This document shows, one piece after another, positions 26,801 to 39,720 of a stretch of DNA of 64,000 bases; position 1 is the stretch's first letter; each line of letters starts with the position of its first letter. A model generated the notes under the pieces. That model searched no databases, was not told the origin of the DNA, and was given only the letters and a program-made list of their open reading frames with translations. Origin of the DNA: Camelus dromedarius (Eukaryota); contig NC_087437.1 of the NCBI RefSeq assembly GCF_036321535.1, positions 31,870,001 to 31,934,000 of the forward strand, written 5' to 3'. The translations under genes and the position numbers were made by a program.

Positions 26801-29800
26801 CTGCGCGCCAGGCACCGCTATACTGACTGACTGTGGTTCAAGGCCATGAGCAGGGCTCTGGATCCCCCTGCCCCTGACATCACGATGTCAGCCTCAGCGC
26901 TCCTCCCAGCACCGGGGAGCCCCAGATGACTGGGAAACCACTGGCGGGGAGGAGGGACTCCCTATCGCCCCTTCCAGCGCTGAGAGGACTGAGGCTACCC
27001 ACTGTTGGGGGTGGGGTGGAGCGTGGGGGCTGGCGTGAGGAAATAGAGCTGTTCTGGTCCAGGCCGAAGGTAGCCCAGGCCCACGTCCAAGCAGGGGCTG
27101 CCCCACCCCTGCTCTGGCTTGAGTCAACCACCAGCAAATGGAGAGTGTTTCCTAGAACCAGAAAGAAGCCTCTGTAGGGGCAGACGGAGCCCAGCTCTCC
27201 GGTGGAAGGTCTCCAAGCCTGACTGGCATGATTCCGCCAGAACCCAGCTTCTCCAACCCAGGCCGTCCGGGCGATGGTTACTGAGGTGCCTTCCTCTCTG
27301 TTTATCAAGATCACCCCGGCCAAGGCCAGGTGTACCTGGGCCAAAACAAGCAGACCTTGACCGGGCAGCATACCAATGTATCGGTTTCACCATGTTCTCT
27401 CTGAATGTCCCTCAGCTCAGTTGATACAGCATGATCTAGATGGTTTAAGATGACAGATGAACGGCCACTCCCTGCTCCGACGTTAACTCTGTCCGTGGGC
27501 ACGGCCTGCATAGCCAATGCACCGCCAAGCGAGGCAGTTTCCAGGTTATCCCCACAAAGTAGACTCATTGGATCCTAGTGGCTTGGGTGTTTTGGGAGTG
27601 GTTGTTTAAAAATCCCATCCACTGCTTCAATTTGCTCTGCTCTTTGTAAGGACAGTCATAACCCCAGACTCCGGGAGAAATTAACCCACTGTCCTTGTTT
27701 GGTTTCATCCCATGTGACCAGCTGAACTGGGCTTTTCTTGTTCAAGATTTGCAAAGGGTAGTTGGGACCCTGCTACAATCACTGGCATTTCAGAAGGGTT
27801 CTTGAAATGACAAAACAGTTCCCTTGCACTCTCGACGTTTTCATCACTATGAATGTTTGTGAAGTGCCCACGCTGGGGTTGCTTGCCAGTTCTGAACCCA
27901 GATAAAAGGGATGCTTCCTTATTCTGTTGCGGGCGGTGGGGGCGGGGGGATTGTCAACTCTGTTTCTTTTAACTTCTGAAAGCTGCCTTTTTCCTAGGGG
28001 AAAAAAAATGTAATTTTCTTTTGCTAAGTAAAGAGTAAAGCTTTTGCTATTGCATAGTATTTCTCCATTTATCATTTGGGTTTCCGGACAGTTCTTGCTT
28101 TCTGAAACCCTCCAATTACCTTATTTCTTTGCCCTAAAAATACTTAGTCAGAGTCAGTTGAACATCAGTTGAACCCATGATTGTGGCAACTTGTGAATTC
28201 AACAGATGGTTTCATTTTTTCCGACCCATTCTCTCCGCCTTTTCACTCCACCCAAGAATAAATCATGCAGATACCACATTGCTGGGGTGAGTCACGGGGA
28301 CTCCATCACTGACTGAGTCCTCAGCCATGCGCAGTTTAACACTGACACCTCGTGGTCAGGAGAGGCGACTGGCTCCGCCCTCACCATCTTGCACCCCTGG
28401 GAGAGCAGGGGCTGCTGGCTGGTCTTAAGGAGCAGGTGGTTAGAACAGCTTGTGAGGTCCCTAGGGGCCTCAGGGTCCTTGGACACTAAAGACCACGTTA
28501 TGTCCTCTCCAGGGTGTGAGGCTCTGGGCTGTGGACTTGGCTTTTGCCTGTTTGAGACAGAGAACCAGGCTGCCTCAACAAAGACAGTCCTTCCCTGGGA
28601 ACTGGATGCCTGGAAAAGGTGCACGAATGGCTCCAGGCCTTTGCAGAAATGTTTAATCAGTGCAGGAGCGCCTTTCGTGGGGTGCTGGGTTTTAATCACC
28701 TCCCCGTTCCCAGAGCCCGACCCATTGCCTGACACTCAGTAAATCCTCTGTAAAGTCTTGTGAACTGACTTCAGTTAGTTTCTGTCATCCACAGGCATGT
28801 GCTGAGCACTGACTGTATGGGGTCGCCGGTTCAGAGTAGGCCTCTCAAGTTTGCATAAAAGACAGTCCCAGCTCTGACTGGAGTCAAGTTGGAGAATTAG
28901 GCCAACACAAGAGACGACACTTGATAGTGGCTTCATTGCTCAAGGAATAACACAGGCAGCAGGAGGCACCGGTGTCTGGGGGAAAGGAGAGCTCCTCCGA
29001 GGCCGTGACCTCAGGGTCAGCTTCTCTGACTGGTGGGAGTCGGGCTGGGCCTTTAAGGAAGTGATCACAGTCAAGTCTGTGGAGTACCTCCTACCCCGTA
29101 GCAGTGTGCTTTATGTGTGTCATGAACTCTCACCGCATTCATGCCAGGGATGTGTTATCATTGTCTACCCACAGATGAGGACGTACGGGCTCAGAGGAGT
29201 TAAGCAATTCTATCCGAGGCCACACGGCACTGAGCAGGACCAACAGGCTTCGAGTGTAGGTGAGTCTAACTCCAGAACCCATGCCCCTTCCCCCACCGCC
29301 TGCCAAGGAGGAAAGATCTCAAAGTTTATCAGGTACCTTTGTACCTTTCTTTGGGCTTAATTTGAAGCAGCTTCCAAAGCAAGCTGCTACTGCTTCTAGG
29401 AAGCCAGGGCCACGTGGGAAAGAGCTGGTGGCCCCAGGTTCTCTGAGCGCGACACTGAATAGGGTGGCAGTGGAGCCACAGGGTTACTGGGATCGAGCCC
29501 CACACTGGCCAGCTTGCAACCGGAGGGCAGGCTGGGCTGAGGTGTGGGTGTCAGGATGACTGCTGGGCAAGGTCCTGGCGGCACCCAGCTGGTAGTCGGC
29601 ATCCACTGCCAAGCTCCCTAAAGACCTGACAATTTCAAATCTTATTATGCCGACACTTTAATAAAGAGGCCGGTGACTCCAGGCTTTATATGGGAAGATC
29701 TGATGAAAATGGGACGCCGGCAAAGCCGTGCAGGCTGATACACAGTTTAGTGGTTAAGTATACAGACAAACTGGGTTTGAATCCTGGCTCAACCACTTAC

Positions 29801-30128
29801 TAGCTGTGTGAAATCACTTCCTCATGGGTTCCCCACCATCACACCACCATAGGGTTTTTGAAAGATGCTCAATGAGTCAATATATGAGAAACAGAATGGT
29901 ACCTGGAACATAGTGCTTGTATAAACTGGGGTTGCTGTGTTTACTCTTCTGCAAGCAGAACTTAGCAAAGGTTCAAGTCTGAATTAAGAGCCTAAATAAG
30001 GCTTAAGTGGACATGTATAGAGATACTGTTGCCCCTTGGGAAACAAACAAGTCCTTATTGTGTTCCTAATAAGGCTTGAGAGTCAGCTGATGAGAGATTG
30101 AGAGATCTTCATCACGTCCGGCCAAATG

Positions 30129-30144
30129 GTGACCTCTAGTGGCG
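30129..30144 (-). promoter_or_regulatory. CTCF-like motif
   Basis: Minus strand CGCCACTAGAGGTCAC, one mismatch to core. Confidence 0.5.
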
Positions 30145-30469
30145 GTAGTACTTATTGCTACCTTGTACCGCAGATTAAAAGGCTTGTCAGGAAAGAACAT
30201 CAAAGAGTCAGGGAACTAATCTTGAGGGAGGGAGGGTGTCCTGCACCAAAGGGCAGTTGTTCTGGAAATTTCAGCCACGAGAGCCCTAAGAACTGGCAGT
30301 GTAGTTATCCTGACCTTCGGAAGTCACTTCATCCCCTCCAAAGCCAGTGCTGACGAGAAAGCCCGAGAGCTGCTTGTTTTATTCTTCTGCAGAACATTCA
30401 CATGGTGGGATCTTTTGAAAAGTCGCACGTGCAAAGGAAAGTCTTAAAGTGTTCACCTGAAAGGATACA

Positions 30470-32700
30470 TAAACTAGCTCAAAGGGGCTCTCATTGGCCA
30501 CATTTGGGATAATTTGAGCAAAAAATTATGTAATAATATTAATGAATTATAACCCACAAAATGAGTCCATAGTAATACACATGAACAAATGAATAAATGA
30601 AAAGCTCTTCCTTTCAGTGGGATTCCAACTAATACATGTAGAAGGAATAGTAGAATTAGAAAATTGTTTTCAATAAATGTTTCTGGCAAAATTATCAAGG
30701 TATGCCAAAATTAGCAGTCAGAATTATGATGAAAAATATATCTTAATGTATCTTATCAATTGCAAAGGTTAAAATGGTAACATTTAAGTAGAGGACACTG
30801 GCAGACACCTCCCTAACAGATGACCAAAGTTAACACCATCAGTAGTGAAACAAATCGACATGACAAAACCTCACCTCTGTTGTATTCCTGCCCCAAACAC
30901 AAAACCCAAATCTAACCGCAAAGACATATCACACAAACTCCAATTAAGGGACATTCTACAAAACCACTGTTTTACACCAGTGGGGAGGAGGGAAGGAACC
31001 CTGTAGCAACAGACTGGAATCAAAGGATTCATACAAAAAGGTGTAGAAGCAATGACATTCCAATTATCAGAGTTTGATGGCTCACTAAGAGGAACCTATG
31101 CTTCTTAGGGGAGTGGCTCATTCCTGGGTTGAAGCAGAGAAAGTACCAGGTGAGCCTGGATAATTTTGTTGTACGGGAAAGTAATGTGATGCCCCCAAAC
31201 TAAGTGGGGGGCGGGGCATATTGAAAGATCAAAGGAGCGGGCTCACAGGAGTTTCCACTGGCCTAATCTGGAATGCTTTCAGCATCATAATAATGATAGG
31301 AACAAATTATAACACACTGAATTTTAAAAACCTGTAAATCTATAGATACTTTTAAAAATTAAAAAGAGGTGGAGAAGGGAAAGATTTTTTTTTACAGAAA
31401 AATGTTTAAACAAACTTGAAATAGAAAAATCACCATCTTCCAACCACTATGGCAAAAAAAAAAAAAAAAAAAGACAAAAGCAAAAGAGCTTGATTCAGGC
31501 AAGACCTTTAATGGATGCTAAAGCCACTGGTAAAAACTCTCAAAGAACAGGAAGTTCACACAGTCTTCATGTATAACCCCACACAGAGTACAGATTAAAG
31601 TTACCTCTATAGAGGAGGCGTTTGGCGGACACTGCCTCAGTCAAATGATCAAACTTAACATCACCAATGGTGAGGCAAATTGATGTGAGTGCTCTTGGTG
31701 ATACCCTGGAACATGATATCATCTATGTAATATGCCTCCCAAAAATGTTCAACATGAATCTAGTCACAGGGAAGTTTCTAAATGAATGCATCCTAAGAGA
31801 TATCCAGCTAAAAACGGTAGATAATCTCTGGTTGGATCCTGTATCAACCAACCCACCCACAGGTATAAAAAACATTACTACAGAGGTCTGGAGCACTCAA
31901 ATACAAACTGTGTATTACAGAATTGTGTCAGTGTTAACGCTCCTGAGTGTGATGACAGTTGTGACTGTGTAGGCAGATGTCCTCAATCCTTGGTGTTACA
32001 TGCTAAAGTACTTAGGGGTAAAGTAACTCAAATAGTCCAGAAAAGAGAGAAAAAGAAAAACATATGTCTGCTACGTAGACATAGAGATATGAAGCAGGTA
32101 TAGCAAAATGTTAACTATTAATGAATCTTAGGTAATGAATATAAGGGTATCAGTTGTACTACTATTAAAAATTTCCTTAGACATTTGAAATTTATCAAAC
32201 TATAATAGTGGGAAAAGAAAATCTCCCCCAAACAAAAAACAAACAAAAGTATCAGAGTGATGACAGACAGACTGAGGAACTATTACAGATGGATGGAGAC
32301 TAAAGGCAACATGTGATTAGACTGGACTAGGAAAAGGACATTGGTAGGAAAATGGGCAATATTTGAAAAAGGTCAATAGATTATAGTTTGGGGCCAGTTA
32401 TGTTAATTTCCTGACTTTGGTAACTACATTGTGGCTGTGTAAGATTAATGCCCTTGTCTCTAGGGAGTATGCACTGAAATACTTACCGGGAAAGGGACAT
32501 CATGACTGCAGCTTCCTCTCAAGCAGAGCAGAAAACCCATTACGTAGACATACATGTGGAGAGAGAACGGGGGGATAAAGCACATGTGGTCACATGTTAA
32601 CATCTGGGGACTCTGAATACAGGAATTATTTGTAGGATTTTTGCAACTCTTTTATGTATGATTATTTCAAAATGAAAACGTTTTTTAAAATGTTGACTTG
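30470..32700 (+). mobile_element. Old L1M-type 3' UTR remnants (composite)
   Basis: A-rich; motifs GGGACATTCTACAAAA, GCAAAATGTTAAC, TTTTTGCAACT...ATTATTTCAAAAT typical of L1MC/ME ends; boundaries approximate. Confidence 0.65.
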
Positions 32701-32730
32701 TTTCTATTAACATCATTTTTCCTATGTCAC

Positions 32731-32975
32731 TGTAGTGAGTTGGATAGTTCCCCCCTAAAAAAATTCATGTCCATGTAGAACCTTAGAATGTGACCTTATT
32801 TGGACAGCGTGTCTTTGTAGATGTCATCAGTTAAGGTCATGCTGGTTTGGAGTGGGCCCAAAATCCAATGCCTGGTGTCCTTGTAAGAGGGGAGGACACA
32901 GGAAAAGGCTGCAGGAAGATGGAGGCAGAGAATGCAGTGACACAGCTACAAGATACCTTAGTCTGAAGCCTCTGA
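32731..32975 (+). mobile_element. Partial MaLR LTR (MLT1-like)
   Basis: AGAATGTGACCTTATTTGGA...TGGGCCCAAATCCAAT...GGTGTCCTTGTAAGA. Confidence 0.75.
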
Positions 32976-33794
32976 TGATGTTAATAATGATAATACCATT
33001 ATTATTTAACATTCACTACAAGCCTATCATGGCACTAAATGCAGTTACATTATTTCCTTTACTCATAGCATCTGAATTCAGCAGGTTCAATGACTTTCTG
33101 CAGATGGGAAATGGAAGCTCAGAGTGGTTAAGTAGTGTGTGCAAAATTAGCCTGCTAGTAGTTAGAGGGGCTAAGCATTGACCCCAGACAGTCTGACTGC
33201 ATGAGCCTCACCATTTCCAGTCCAGTATTATTGTTCATTACTCCCTGCATGAGCCTCTCCAGCCAGAACAGACACATCTGGTCTCTCCCAGGGCACCCTC
33301 CAAGCTGCCCTGAATCTACACCTAGAACCTTGCCTCGGTAGGACACTGCCTCCTCGTCCTTGTCCTGTTAAATCCTTCCCATTCTAAGCCCAGCCCATGT
33401 TCCCTATCCTCTATGAACTTTGCAAGGCCCCCTAGACCACAGGCGTCCCTCTTTCTTCTTTAACTCAGCCCTCAGTGTGCTGCTTGCTTGGCCCTGAAAC
33501 ATACTCAGGATTACTCTGGATGTATTTGGCTTTTTAAAAAAATTGGTTTTGTCTCCACTTGGGTAGCAAGTACCCTGCAAACAGATACTAATTGTAAGTA
33601 GGTATTTGGTATATGTCTAGACATCAAGACTTTCCCTGACCTTATTTCTCTAGGCAGAAACCCATCATGGAAGGCTTCATGAGGTATATATGCAATTACA
33701 GTAGAACCTTGACATTGGCAGTTTGACTATTTTCAAGTTGAAAGTTCATTTGCTGACTCTCAATTTCAATTGTGTATAAAGTGTAGTCTGTTAC

Positions 33795-34510
33795 ATCAAA
33801 AAGAGAACAAATAACAAATGTTGGGGAGGATGTGCAGAAAAGGGCACCCTTCTACACTGTTGGTGAGAATGTAAATTGGGGCAACCACTGGAAAGCAGTA
33901 CGGAGGTTCCTCAAAAAACTGAAAATAGAACCACCATATGATCCAACAATTCTACTCCTGGGTATATATCTGAAGAAAATGCAAACATTGATTCAAAAAG
34001 ATACATGCACCCCAGTGTTCATAGCAGCATTATTTACAATTGTCAATATAAGGAAGCAACATAAGTGTCCATCAACAGATGACTGGATAAAGAAGATGTG
34101 GCATATTATTATCAGTGTAAAACAAAAATATGAAATCTTGCCATTTGCAACAACATGGATGGACTTGAAGGGTATTATGCTTAGTGAAATAAGTCAGAGA
34201 AAGACAAATACAATATGGTATCACTTATATGTAGAATCTAAAAAAAATAAACTAGTGAATATAACAAAAACAGACTCACAGATACAGAGAATAAATTAGT
34301 GGTCACCAGTGGCGGGGGGAGCAGGGAGTGGCACGGGTCCGGGAGGGGATTAAAAGTTACAAACTATTATGCATAAAATAAGCTACAAAGATATACTGTA
34401 CAACACAGGGAGTATGGCCAATATTTTATAATGACTATAAATGAAGCACAGCCTTTAAAAATTGTGAATTGCTGTTGTACACCTGAAACTGATACATCAA
34501 CTACACCTCT
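33795..34510 (+). mobile_element. LINE-1 3' fragment (ORF2 C-terminus and 3' UTR)
   Basis: ORF 33832..34299 reads [22 protein letters not shown]...CTPVFIAALFTI...CPSTDDWIKKMW...ILPFATTWMDL, typical L1 ORF2p tail. Confidence 0.92.
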
Positions 34511-35589
34511 GTCTCTCTCCCCCTATATATGTAGACATATATATATATATTTTTTTTCTATTTTAATACGGGAAACACAGCTCAAAAACAAATACAGTCT
34601 GCTAGGAGTGGAAAGCTTGGCTAACTAATTTCAACACTAGTCTTGGTTGCAGTTATCATATCAGTAAAACTTGGTTGGTTTGGAAAGGCCCACAAGAATA
34701 ATACATTTTGAGCAGGAAATTAGTTTTGTCGTTCCGGGTGGAATATTGAACCTCATGGTGGCTTCGATTTATGATGTACCTTGTGTGCTGTACAAAGATC
34801 TGACGTGTCATATGCTCTATATAGAAACCGGAAGGATCCATCTGTGGAACTTCCGGCACGTGCTCCAGCGGCGCAGGAACCGCTCAGGTGAGAAAATGCA
34901 GATGAGGAAGGTGAACTGCGTTACGCTGGGTCAAGCGGGGGCGAGGTGCTGGGCACGGCGGACGGTCTGGTTTGCAGCTGGCCCTGGAGCCTGGACAAGC
35001 GATGCCACACTCACAGCTGTGGGGACGCGGGCAGGTCTTGGACCATCTTCTGAGATGTCAGGGGTCTTTTGAAAGGACCAGGCAGATAATATCAATGAGC
35101 AAAAGGAGCAGGATTCAAGAAAAACACCAGTGTCAACATAGCGATAAATGAAAACTGGCATCTGCTTCCGTGCTGCGGCTAAGGGAGCGTAGAAAGAGCT
35201 ATAATGCACCGTCATCCACGCGCCCCGCCAGAGGGCCGCTTGGTGCTAGTCGACTGTTGGCCTTGAGGGGCTGTAGATTTCATGTATTCTAATTTTTTTT
35301 TTAAGTTGAAAATCCAGGTGGTTATGTATTTCCAATTAAAAATATTAGCAACCAGTTCATTTAAAACAAACATTAAATAAACCAGATACCTGTGCCTGCT
35401 AGGATTCGGCCCGTGGCTCACCAGTTTGCTCTGCTCAGCTGTCGGCTAAGTGTCTGTCTGCCCCCTTTCATCTGTGAGCGCCAGGAGCCTAGAACCTTGC
35501 GCAGGGATATACACACTCATGGAAGGGCAGTTGGAAAAAGAACACATGCTCAAACTTGAAAGATGAGAGCTTAGCAAATTAGTGTGTAT

Positions 35590-36300
35590 GAAATTCATTC
35601 CTCAATATTTACTGCATACCCAAATACAGGCCAGGCACTGTTGTAGGAATAGATAAGGGGCATATAATAATGAGAAAAACACATCCCTGCTGCCCTCTTG
35701 AAGCTTGTATTCAATGATAAAATAAGGTAATTTCAGATTGTTGTAAGAATCAGTGATAAAGTAAAGTAAGGTTATTTCAGATAGTGCTAAGCATTATGAA
35801 AAAAGCGTTAGCTAAGGAATAGTGATGGAGGGGGCGATGTTAAGAGGAGCTTATTTTCTAAATTTAAAATCTTTTTTTTTTCTTTTTTTGCGGGGGGTAA
35901 TTAGGTTTATTTATTTAATAGAGATACTGGAGATTGAACCCAGGACCTCGTGCATGATAAGCATGCACTCTACCACTAAGCTATAACCTCCCCACAAGAG
36001 GAGCTTATTTTAGAAAGGGTGTGAAAGAAGGCCCTTCTGGAGAGGTGGCTTTGGAGAAGTGACTTTGGAGAGGGGACCTGAAGGATGAAGCCTATCACCC
36101 GAGGTCTGGGAGAAGAGCATCCCAGGCAGGGCGGACAGACAGCACGTGTAAAGGCTCAGGAACAGATGTGCATATTTCAGGAAGACGAGAGGTTGGTTGA
36201 TGGAAGAGGCTGTCAAGGGTCAGATCATACACAGGCAGGGTCAGGGGTTTGTATTTTATGTAAAGTGAAATGAGAAACCATTGGAAGCATTATGTATTAG
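35590..36300 (+). mobile_element. L2-like remnant interrupted by a SINE
   Basis: ATTCATTCCTCAATATTTACTG...CCAGGCACTGTTGTAGG...GAAGAGCATCCCAGGCAG pattern; element orientation not certain. Confidence 0.6.
35858..35995 (-). mobile_element. tRNA-derived SINE (vic-1-like) inserted into an L2-like element
   Basis: Exact TSD AAGAGGAGCTTATTTT at 35842-35857 and 35996-36011. Confidence 0.9.
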
Positions 36301-37197
36301 AGCAACATGTAAACGTTTTAATTAACGTTTTAAGTAGGTTGTTAGCTCCTGTTTGAAGGATTGTGACAAAGATGTACAAATAGAAATGCTACTACGCATA
36401 CTGTTGAGATGATAGCAGGTACAGAGGAAGGGAATTTGATGATGTATGAAAGAAGGCAGGGTAGGAATTTCCTCTGTCTTTAAACTGGGTTAGTATTCTA
36501 CTGAGCAGAGGTGGCAAGGGCAGAAGGGTCAAGAGAATAGCTGGAATTAAGGAGCCCAGGGTTGATCTCATGCTTTTTAATTATGAAAATCTTGTACTGT
36601 TCAGATTCAGACCTAATCTCAATGAGGTAACATTCTGAAACAGCTGTATTTTGAATTGTGTTCATAGGAAATGTAGAATTCAAACTTTACTAAGCAGCGG
36701 GGTGTTTTGTAATATGAGTTGTTTGGATCGCAGGGGTAAAAACAGAACCCCTTTTTATCTGCCTAACCTGTATGCACAATCCTGCAAGGTAAGACCAATT
36801 TGCAGACAAGAGATTAAGTGGCCTGCCAGGCTACCTCAGTAGAAGAATGATTTGAGTGCTGCAGAGCTGACATGGAAGCCCATGTTCTTTTCATTCCAGA
36901 CATGGACAGTTTAAATGGTTACAAACGAAGTCCAGCTCTGACTTCCACTCACAGTGGCTACTCTAGGGAATATGAGAAGATCGAGGCCCATACAGTGAAA
37001 GCTGGTCCCCTTCCAGTTTTCCCAGTAGGGTAAGTGATGGTTTTCCTTATCAAATCCCACGTACATTCTTCGTCTCTCCAGCTAAACCAAGTTCACAATA
37101 CGCCTATTCTTTTAACATGATTTAGTCTCAATCTTCAAAACCCTGAATCTTCATAATTATCTATTTAAACCATGGTGAGTTAAGAAATGGCTCTTAG

Positions 37198-37400
37198 TAT
37201 ATGATTTTAAGTGGAAAAATAAGGGACAGAAATCAGGTATTGGCAGTTTTTCCATTTTCATTTGTGTGTGAATTTCCAATATAAATGTGGGGACATAAAG
37301 CATTAATGCAAATCAAAATGTTTCAGTGAACAAGTTTCAGCATAGCAGTTTAACTTTATGGCAATTAAAAATAAACCTGTTAAATTTTTTCTGGGAAAAA
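37198..37400 (+). pseudogene. H3F3A: 5'-truncated processed retrocopy of an mRNA 3' UTR, recognised as histone H3.3A (H3F3A/H3-3A)
   Basis: 16-bp TSD AAGAAATG(G/C)CTCTTAG at 37182-37197 and 37401-37416; AATAAA 37370-37375; short A tail; body GACAGAAATCAGGTATTGGCAGTTTTTCCATTTTCATTTGTGTGTGAATTT matches my memory of the H3F3A 3' UTR. Confidence 0.82.
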
Positions 37401-39059
37401 AAGAAATGCCTCTTAGGACAATGAATATTTACTATAAATTATCTTATTTTTGGAAAATTTCATGAAAAAACTTTAAATTTTTAAATAAAGCTTCTGTTGC
37501 AGGCTGTGGGCATTAATAATGGAGTTAATAACTGATGTAGTAACAGTGATATTTATAGCTATAAAGCAAAACTTAGAACTTCATTTTGTTTTAAAATAGA
37601 AACGTGATTAAGAATTTCAGTGGTCTTTCTTTAGGGTTAAGATACCAATTGTAAATGACAAATGTAACATTGCAAAACACAAAGGACTTGTATTAAGAAT
37701 CAAGATAATTAGGACAAATACTAAGTAGCTTATTTGCAGATTTCCAGCTGTGGTGGGAAACAAAGATGAGAGAACACACATACAGACAGGACTGGGGAGC
37801 ATACAGACGAGCCTGCTGAGGTGCAAGCAGTGATACACTAAGAAGGATCAGGAACGTGGTGATACCCGGTGACCAACGCAGCAATCTAGTACATAACCTG
37901 GGGCCCTAGACGTGTCAACTTCAGACCAGTCAAAAACTAAAGTTACCAAACCTGGGTCTAATCAAGCCTTGAGATCTACAAGGGACACAAAAATGTGTTC
38001 AAGGACATGTAGGTTTACAGTCAGCCAACCCAGACTACAGAAAATTCCAAGACCAATGACCCAATTTCTTTAAATTTCAAGGGTGGAAAAGATGGACAGC
38101 CTGTTATTAAAACCAAATATGGACTTGTTTTAACAAACCAATTATAAAAACAAATCATTAGTAAGGGAAATGTGAATACCAACTTAGGCATTACTGTTAA
38201 ATTTTAAGTACCGTGGATATGTTTTAAAAGTCCTTACCTAATACTTGGGGATGAAGTCGTTTTCTTCCAAATAAGAGTGGGAGGTGGAATGGTGAGTTGG
38301 TGAGGTATAAACAAGATTGCCTGACCTAGGATTGATCAGTTTTTGGAGCTGGGAAATGAGGTACTTACTCAACATTCCCCATTAGTAAGTCTGAAAATTA
38401 AGTTTTTATGTTTGGGGAGAGCAGCACAAGGTTGTCAAACTCTTGACAAGAACCCAAAAGACAGATTCGGTTAACAGCACAAAATTAGGACACAGGGAGA
38501 AAGACATCATCCATCATCCCAAAGCAACTTCTAACACACAACCCTCACCCCACATGCAGGTGTATCCCCCGTTACCTTCAGAACTCCCCTCACCCATGTG
38601 CTGTTTCCAAACAAGGATAAGGTAGGTACACATTTCTACACTATCAAGAATCTAACCAGGGCCTTGGTGTCTGCCTTCACCTTTTCCTTCAATGCCAATA
38701 GGTATTAGTGAAGTTTCTCTCCTTTGTATTTAGAGGCAGTTTAGCTTTTCAGAAACCCTGGTGCAGCTCAGCATATGTATCATAAAAGCACATGTAGAAA
38801 GAACACTCTAAATGAACTATTTACGTTTTTAGCAGTTGCTTACTCATTCCTGCTAAGCCATGTTAGTTTTTAGTTAGAAATGGAACTGATTTACGTATCA
38901 TACCGGCATTTTTATATCCAAGTGGATCTTGTCTCCCTGTGAGGCTTTCTACTTTGTCCAGCCCCACTGCCCACCACTGTGAAAGTTTGGATATCTTCTT
39001 TGGAGTCCTCTTCAGAAGCTGTTAAGTATTTTTTAAAACATCCTTGGGTGGTGTAAATC

Positions 39060-39280
39060 TTCATCTTTTTGAGTGTTACTTTTTTTGAAACAGCAACAAA
39101 TCATTTGGAGCCAAGTCTAGTGGACAAGGTTAAGTTGTCAAATGCGTAAAAATTTTAATGCAAAACCTTGAACTATAAAGCAGTGAACTATTTTATTATG
39201 GCCTTTTACATTAGGAAAACAAACCTGTGTGAATAATTCAAAACCTATTCATCTGGCTATGACTTCTGGCTTTTTTTCCT
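39060..39280. mobile_element. Possible Tc1/mariner (MARNA-like) relic
   Basis: AACAGCAACAAATCATTTGGAGCCAAGTCT and CCTATTCATCTGGCTATGACTTCTGGCT, the latter resembling a decayed YSPDLAPxDF motif. Confidence 0.4.
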
Positions 39281-39720
39281 TTGTGGTCAGAGTTTAACAG
39301 CCAGCCAGGTCCCAAGTGCTTCACCTTGATGCTGAATTCTCCTAGCCTAGACAAAAACCATTAAATACCTAAATTAAAGTCTTTTTTTTAATGCTCAATA
39401 GTTGGCTCTGATTTGCTGTTACGCTGAAAGCTTTGGTTTGTTTACTTCAGAAATAGTACTTAAAGTTGACTTAACTTTATGGTACCATTTATGTGCAAAT
39501 CGGGTTTTGACTTGAAGATTAGTTTAATGCTGTGATAAAATATTTCATGTAATACATTGTTGGGCCATTCGCATTAGCTTTTTCCATATGTACAGAAGAC
39601 TTCTAGGATAGCTCCCAATGCAGGTAAGAATTACATTTTAATAATCTCAAACTAACTATATAATGGAGGAAAGAACAGGTTTGTCAGAAAATCAGTCATT
39701 TTACTATTAACATTTTGCTT

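Noticed and set aside
160..30353. Numerous 60-197 aa ORFs in the left half
   Set aside because: No recognisable domains, overlapping on both strands, often within repeats; typical chance ORFs of mammalian non-coding DNA
33832..34299. 155-aa ORF as a host gene
   Set aside because: Decayed LINE-1 ORF2 C-terminus
38113..38122. CArG box CCAAATATGG (also CCTTTTAAGG at 54591 and 59543)
   Set aside because: Isolated, in AT-rich or repeat-derived sequence; expected by chance
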